Shown here in pieces: positions 58,736-64,000 of a DNA stretch of 64,000 nt. The DNA is taken from assembly GCA_016699975.1 (NCBI GenBank), contig CP064994.1, positions 917,874 through 981,873 of the forward strand, given 5' to 3'. A model generated the notes under the pieces. The model saw only the letters and a list, made by a program, of their open reading frames with translations, did not search any database and had not been told where the DNA came from. Position numbers and translations under genes: made by a program. The DNA comes from Candidatus Moraniibacteriota bacterium (lineage in GTDB: Bacteria > Patescibacteriota > Minisyncoccia > Moranbacterales > UBA1568). Positions within the stretch are counted from its first letter, which is position 1, and each line of letters begins with the position of its first letter.

Positions 58736-59273
58736 CTGTTATGCCTCCTTCTCGTTGGAGAGAAAAAGAAATGCAAATACCCGTGCGGAAACTTTCCAGG
58801 AAACTCACCTCCTCCTCACGCAGAACAATAATGACAAAACCGCTCTCGCCCTCATGAAGCTTCCGAGCAGTTTCTTTCGCTGCAAAAAAACTAGAAAGCA
58901 AAAGAGAGTTCCTCGTATACCCACCCTTCCAGTACCCGCCCTTCCAGTGAGGGAAAAAACATATGTCATAATAATACCTCTTGTCTCTTTCTCCTTTGTT
59001 TTCGGAAGAAGACGAAGCAGCTGGGCATACCCTCTTCTTTTCTTTCATAATGCGCTTACTCCTCATTTTCTGTAGCCGACATATTTACTTTACAGATTGA
59101 GAGAAAAAAGAAAAAAGCGAGGAGGATGTAATCCACACTTCGCTCAGTTTTTAAAAAAACAATGTGAAATTGTAGCAAATCACACACTTCCGTCAAGACC
59201 AAACGGCGAGCGGTGAATTCAAACCCCGAAGCCCCTTTTCTGGTATACTCCGGCGTTAACTTCCAAAAACGCT

Positions 59274-60281
59274 ATGAATATGCCAAAAGGAACGTCCATA
59301 ACCTTCTTTGAACGAGAGCGAATCGAAAGCTTTCTCCGCATGAAGAAAAAGAAAACATGGATCGCGGAGAAACTTGGAAGAGATTACTCCGTCATCAAGC
59401 GAGAGATACGAAGAAATTCGAGTCCGCACCTTCCCTATGTTGCCATCCGAGCTGAAGCGTATGCGGAAAGACGAAAGAAAATACCAACAAAAGAAAACTG
59501 GAAAAATGGCAAAACGAGAAACTGAAAAAGTTTGTCGAAAGCGAACTCCTGAAGGGACATTCACCGGAGCAGATAGCCGGCCGGTTGAAAACATCTCCTC
59601 CGAAAAATCTTTCCTCGTGTACGGATACCTCGATAAGTTACGAATCCATCTATGATTACATTTACCGCGGAGAAGGAAGGGTCGGCGGATGGTACAAACA
59701 TCTGCGACGAAAACAGAAGCGGAGACGACCAAAGTTCTCTCGAAAACCGCGAAAAGAGACGATTCCGGATAGAATACCCATTCACGAAAGACCCGCGGTC
59801 ATTACCAAGCGTACACTTTGGAGACTGGGAAACCGATTCCGTGATATTCGCAAAACAGAAGTCAGTACTCTCGGTACAGTACGAGCGAAAAATGAAGCTA
59901 TGCCGATTAAAGAAAGTTCCAAACAAAACAGCGGTCGAAAGCGAACGAGCGATACAGGGACATTTCTCTCGGCTTCCGCAGCAATTGAGGAGAAGTATTA
60001 CGAGAGATAATGGAACGGAGAATGTTTTGCACGGAGAAACGAAACAAAAACTTTCTCTTCCTTCCTACTTCTGCGATACCTACAAAAGTTGGCAGAAAGG
60101 AGGTGTGGAAAACTTGAATGGATTGTTACGAGAGTATTTTCCGAAGAAATGCCCGTTTGATAAAATTTCCCAAAAAGAAGTTCGGTCAGTTCAGGACAAA
60201 CTCAACAATCGACCGAGGAAAGCGCTTAACTATTTGACGCCGAATGAAGTTTTTGCCAGGGTACTGGAAAAGGGGCATTAA
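59274..60281 (+). mobile_element. IS30-family insertion sequence (transposase region); ends/IRs not resolved
   Basis: The transposase is spread over three frames. N-terminal HTH is in 59274..59525. The segment …WSPEQIAGRLKTSPPKNLSSCTDTSISYESIYDYIYRGEGRVGGWYKHLRRKQKRRRPKF…RIPIHERPAVITKRT… is in frame 2. The DDE core …HFGDWETDSVIFAKQ…ITRDNGTENV…SYFCDTYKSWQKGGVENLNGLLREYFPK…LNNRPRKALNYLTPNEVF is in 59652..60281. Confidence 0.8.
59274..60281 (+). pseudogene. IS30-family transposase ORF with two or more frameshifts (about 59.49-59.52 kb and about 59.815 kb)
   Basis: Frame 0 to 2 to 0 switches are required to read the full IS30 consensus. The first lies in an A-rich tract (gaaagacgaaagaaaataccaacaaaagaaaa). 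Confidence 0.6.
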
Positions 60282-60371
60282 ATTCTTGAACTCACCAGCA
60301 CTGTGAACTGAGAGAGGTGCAAAGCACTTTTGAAAGCACTCTGGTGCATGGATGTGTGTAAGAAAACTTTC

Positions 60372-60722
60372 TTACAAAGGTGCGAAGGCATTCCAGGTTC
60401 GTGCCGCCGTTTCTGCAATATTCCGAGAAGAATACCCTTCCGGCACATTCGACTCCACGCGAACGTCTGCGATGTCTCGCCGTGAGAGATCGTGGCGACG
60501 CAGCATTTCGTCCGCTGAGAGAAGAAGTCGCTCCAATACTTCGCGACTGTTTTCAATCAAGATACGATCACGCTCACCCTTTTTTTTTTTAAGAATAACT
60601 TTTGTTGAATTAAGTTCGATATGAAAAAGAAGGCAAAAGTGCTCGCTCTTCCGGGACAACACTGTGGGGGCGATTTCCTCCGAAGTCTTACCGGGAAACG
60701 AAGCGTTGTTTGTCGCGTCCAT
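60372..60722 (-). CDS. Hypothetical protein (116 aa) containing an 11-nt homopolymer (A11 on the coding strand, 60580-60590) encoding KKKK
   Basis: Protein is MDATNNASFPGKTSEEIAPTVLSRKSEHFCLLFHIELNSTKVILKKKKGERDRILIENSREVLERLLLSADEML…. No family recognised. Lies immediately 3' of the IS30 element. Confidence 0.35.
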   Translation of the reverse strand: MDATNNASFPGKTSEEIAPTVLSRKSEHFCLLFHIELNSTKVILKKKKGERDRILIENSREVLERLLLSADEMLRRHDLSRRDIADVRVESNVPEGYSSRNIAETAARTWNAFAPL

Positions 60723-60939
60723 AGTGGATGTCTCAAGAGAATATCATCACAAAATCATCGTTTTTGAGAAGCAACAAAGAGGAGATCGATTTCATGCCTA
60801 CCACTCTTCAGATCCCTCGTGCAAAAAAATGGAATGAAGCATCGAGTACACGTATCTCATTCAAACCCTCGAGGAAAATAAAAAAAAATGGGAACACCTT
60901 TGTACAACACTCGGCGCTTTGCAAAAAGATCAAATTTTT

Positions 60940-61806
60940 TTATCGAAGTCGCTTCCCGCCAATCTTGTCCCAATCGAATCCCCACGGATCGGTCTTGCGA
61001 TCAGGCGCAATGTCGGAGTGCCCCACCCTATACCGAATGGCGTGACGCGTTTCGATATCGGCAATAAGTTTTGTGAGCGCCGAATACTGTGCCGAAGTCG
61101 GCGAGCCATCGTCTTTCCCTAGGACTTCTATCCCAATCGAGAAATCGTTTACATTCTTTCGTCCGTCAGGCATCCGAGAGGCGCCCGCGTGATAGGACGT
61201 ATTTTTTTCATCGACGAGTCGGTACACTTTTCCGTCGCGAGCAACCAGATAGTGAGCCGAAACTCCGTAGCTCTTATAAATATCGAGCACACTCGAGACC
61301 GAAAACGGATCACCACGAAGCGCATTATAGGTCGAATGAATCACGATCGTATCAACAGGACGCGAACGCCCTTCCGCAAATCCAAACGACACCAAGCGAT
61401 TCGTGACGGAAAACTGATCAGGCGCTTTCTCCACACGATTCTCTGTTTCTGTTGGCTTCCCACTCAAGACGTGCGTCTCGTCTTTCCGAGGAGGCGCGCT
61501 TGATTCATTGGGTGCTGGCGTCGATTCGATCACCGATCGAGAGTCCTCAGCATGATTTGAAACAGAGTTTTCTGGAGAACGCTCTTCCTCAGGCTCTTCG
61601 GGCACATCGCTTCGTTTCTCGAGTTCCCGCACAATCGTCGCTGACTCTTGAGAAGAAGGCGTCTCCAACAACAAAGAATTCTCTTCACTCGTATTCATGA
61701 GTACGGAAGTTTTCGGCTTGCCCGCAAAGAACACGGTTCCTCCAATACAGAGAAGTGAAAAAATGAAAAAAACAATTATCCGCGGATTTCGAAAAAAATC
61801 ATTCAT
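60940..61806 (-). CDS. N-acetylmuramoyl-L-alanine amidase (amidase_2 / PGRP-AmpD fold) with N-terminal membrane anchor
   Basis: A TM helix and an acidic linker, then …IVIHSTYNAL…HYLVARDGKVYRLVDEKNTSYHAG…NDFSIGIEVLG…AQYSALTKLIADIETRHAIRYRVGHSDIAPDRKTDPWGFDW…. Confidence 0.8.
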   Translation of the reverse strand: MNDFFRNPRIIVFFIFSLLCIGGTVFFAGKPKTSVLMNTSEENSLLLETPSSQESATIVRELEKRSDVPEEPEEERSPENSVSNHAEDSRSVIESTPAPNESSAPPRKDETHVLSGKPTETENRVEKAPDQFSVTNRLVSFGFAEGRSRPVDTIVIHSTYNALRGDPFSVSSVLDIYKSYGVSAHYLVARDGKVYRLVDEKNTSYHAGASRMPDGRKNVNDFSIGIEVLGKDDGSPTSAQYSALTKLIADIETRHAIRYRVGHSDIAPDRKTDPWGFDWDKIGGKRLR

Positions 61807-61932
61807 GAGAGAACGATAGCAAAAACCTTCTCCAAAGAGAAGGTGTGGGGCATATTCTAACGGCTAGAGAACCAACCAAAAAGACAAAGAACTTTATTCT
61901 GAAATCTCTCTCCTCCGAGACAATCGGACGAT

Positions 61933-62292
61933 TCAGCGAGATGTGAAAAAACTCGCCAGATCTTTCCCAGAAAACCACACGATGTAAGCCTCAAACAATT
62001 TCCATTGCAAGGCAGTAAGTTCTTCAAGCTCAATATACCAAAGGCGTTCCCCATCCATCTCAGGATGACATCTATCGCATTTCTTCATCTGTTTTTGAAT
62101 ACACTCCCGCAGAGTACGAACCTCTGGGGGCGGTATATTCTCCCGAAAAACTGTAACGAGCTCCTCCCTCAACGAGTCTGGAAAATACGGTGGACAAGAT
62201 ACCATGGAAACCTCCTGTTCTCTTCTCCAAAAATATGGAGGAAATGGAGCAAAGTTTTTCGCTATGAAAGAACAACGGGTGCGAGCAAACAA
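61933..62292 (-). CDS. Hypothetical Cys-containing protein (119 aa), no family recognised
   Basis: Protein is …MVSCPPYFPDSLREELVTVFRENIPPPEVRTLRECIQKQMKKCDRCHPEMDGERLWYIELEELTALQWKLFEAYIVW…. Co-directional with the amidase. Confidence 0.3.
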   Translation of the reverse strand: MFARTRCSFIAKNFAPFPPYFWRREQEVSMVSCPPYFPDSLREELVTVFRENIPPPEVRTLRECIQKQMKKCDRCHPEMDGERLWYIELEELTALQWKLFEAYIVWFSGKDLASFFTSR

Positions 62293-62394
62293 GAAAGTCG
62301 GAGGATTTTCTTTCTCTTCTCGACTATAAATAAAATGAACACATTCCCAATTGGGAATGTGTTCATGATACTAAACTCGCTGTGAACCGGTCAA

Positions 62395-62670
62395 CTACCG
62401 ACGTCGACCTCCACCCATCAAAAGTCCCAGAATCAAGCCGACAATCGCTCCGATTCCGAGCGCCATACCGGCTGCTTTTTCAGGATTTTCTTGGGTGTAC
62501 TTTTGCGCTTCACGCGCTTTATCATACACATTCTTTCGAACTCGATCCGCCTGATCGACGATCATATCGCGCGCTTCTTCGGCGCGAGAAACGAGTTCCT
62601 CTTTGGCATCCTGCATACGCGAAGTCATGTGATCCGCTTCGCGCTTTGCTTTGTTTACAAAATCGCTCAT
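62395..62670 (-). CDS. DUF883 (YqjD/ElaB-like) membrane-anchored protein
   Basis: A long charged helix (…RMQDAKEELVSRAEEARDMIVDQADRVRKNVYDKAREAQKYTQENP…) and a C-terminal TM anchor (AAGMALGIGAIVGLILGLLMG) are the classic YqjD/ElaB architecture. Confidence 0.7.
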   Translation of the reverse strand: MSDFVNKAKREADHMTSRMQDAKEELVSRAEEARDMIVDQADRVRKNVYDKAREAQKYTQENPEKAAGMALGIGAIVGLILGLLMGGGRRR

Positions 62671-62856
62671 AAACGTACTTCAAAAAATTATTTTCTTGAA
62701 AACAGACCGATACAGAAAATTTTCACAATGATATTCACGCTCTATTCAAATCAAACGCGGAAACATTTCCTTACGAAAGTAGAAAATTTTTGAACGCGCA
62801 TTTTGAATACACGCAACAAAGGGTCCACTTTCTCGCATTCAACCTCGTACACAATA

Positions 62857-63219
62857 TCAGCGCCGCCGAACAAAGACAAACACCACGACACCAAGCACAG
62901 CAAAGAGCGCGCCAACCAGAATCGATCCCAAGACAGGGCCCATTCCCAAGGCTTGTACTATTGCCATGCCGATACCGAACACCATAAATCCAATGCCCGC
63001 AAAGAGGAGGACAGCGATAATAATCATTTCGCGCACAAACTTCATTACCGATATCTTGACGCTCGTCTCCACCTCTTCGACTACGGAGAGCGCATTTCCA
63101 ACTGCTTTCCACGCATGCCCCGTCGCCACATCGAGAGCAAGAGAAAAAAGTGATCGGCGCGCAAGCGGTTTTCTGGGAGAGTCAAACATACGCATGAAGA
63201 ATGGTGAGAAAAGAAACAC
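62857..63219 (-). CDS. DUF1469 / YqjE-like (holin-X superfamily III-like) inner-membrane protein
   Basis: Two TM helices (IIIAVLLFAGIGFMVFGIGMAIV / VLGSILVGALFAVLGVVVFVFV). The small yqjD-yqjE-like pairing supports the call. Confidence 0.55.
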   Translation of the reverse strand: MFLFSPFFMRMFDSPRKPLARRSLFSLALDVATGHAWKAVGNALSVVEEVETSVKISVMKFVREMIIIAVLLFAGIGFMVFGIGMAIVQALGMGPVLGSILVGALFAVLGVVVFVFVRRR

Positions 63220-64000
63220 TGCCTCTCGACTATAGCATACTCATTCTTCTGTGCAACCTTCCCTTATTCTCAGTATTTTCTATCGGATTCAAGGCAAAGT
63301 GAGAAGCAAAATCTTGTACCGGTTGCTATCGTAGAGAAAGTATCCGTAAGAACAAAAAAGTGACATGTCCTTCCCTTTCCCCGCACACTAAAACGCCCGA
63401 CCAGAAAGAGTGAGTGAACAATATATCACGGCACACTCTCTAAAGTAAAAATTTTGAAAGTGAAAATCCCAAAACGCTCTCTGAAGCATTCTCTCTTTCA
63501 AACTTTCAAACAACGTTCACGCGACAAAAATTTCTCAAAAAATACATTCACCTGCATAGATATTATGTACCTCTGACGGAGAGAGACTTCCCTCTCCCTA
63601 ACTTTCCGAAACGGCTTTTTGGAAATGAAGAAGAAAAGAAATGCTAGTTCGAATATCTTTCATAATTCATCAAACTCGAGAAGAGCATCAAAAAAAGAAG
63701 AAGTGCGCTCCCCACTTGACAATCGACTTTCGAGTGACTACGCTCATGGCAACCGAAAATTCTCGGTTCTTCCTGTATCTTTCTGTGTCTGTATCGCTTC
63801 CCGCACGACGTTTTCCTTGGATGAAATACTCGACTCTATTCTATATTATTATGAATTGAATGAAACGCTATGATTCTCCTCCGCACTCTTTCTGATACTC
63901 GTTCCCTCACGCGAAATGTTCGTTCTGCAAAGTCTCTCTCCTTCGCTTTCGCCGCTCTCTCCTTCCTTTGGATCGGAGCGACTCCCACATTCGCCTCCGA

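Noticed and set aside
63619-63873. 84-aa ORF in the terminal AT-rich region
   Set aside because: Very AT-rich with poly-A/T runs, low-complexity translation and no RBS. More likely intergenic.

Overview
This 64 kb window is gene-dense, about 50% GC, and almost entirely transcribed on the minus strand. Genetic code 11 is assumed because rpoB, ftsZ, hisS and other essential genes are intact with standard stop codons.

Housekeeping genes recognised from motifs:
- an F-type ATP synthase block atpB-atpE-atpF-atpH-atpA-atpG (5.8 to 0.35 kb), which ends at a convergent terminator with no atpD/atpC downstream;
- cell division ftsA (28.4-27.2 kb) and ftsZ (22.9-21.5 kb), separated by a 4.2 kb insert;
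- split comEC, parB, manC (GDP-mannose pyrophosphorylase), dgkA, yqeY, rpsU, a HIT-family gene, hisS, lepB, an LCP-family gene, pth, rplY, gyrB, efp, the rpsF-ssb-rpsR cluster (no rplI after it), ftsK, and rpoB-rpoC (53.1-46.0 kb).

Very large predicted cell-surface proteins are interspersed:
- a 753-aa protein with three LamG domains;
- a 1432-aa protein with five copies of a 96-bp tandem repeat and a phage tail-spike-like peptidase S74 intramolecular-chaperone domain;
- a roughly 1470-aa protein with SBBP beta-propeller repeats, Ig/Fn3-like cassettes and a C-terminal anchor, carrying 180-310 bp near-identical intragenic repeats.

The most unusual locus is the ftsA-ftsZ insert. It holds two paralogous cysteine-rich secreted proteins (730 and 410 aa) that share a novel C-terminal domain, plus a 77-aa proline-rich single-pass membrane protein.

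The last 6 kb (58-64 kb) look accessory. They are AT-rich spacers, a degraded IS30-family transposase, a small basic ORF with a strong Shine-Dalgarno sequence, a gene containing an 11-nt homopolymer, an amidase_2 gene and a YqjD/YqjE-like pair.

Several genes, including essential ones, have single-base frame breaks. The atpH, gyrB, rpoC and IS30 breaks lie at homopolymer runs; the SBBP-gene break does not. ftsK carries an in-frame TAG. This pattern suggests sequencing or assembly indels rather than real pseudogenes.

The gene content (no L9 after rpsR, many giant surface proteins, compact operons) suggests a reduced-genome, possibly CPR/Patescibacteria-like bacterium. This is inference only.

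No tRNA, rRNA or CRISPR array was recognised.
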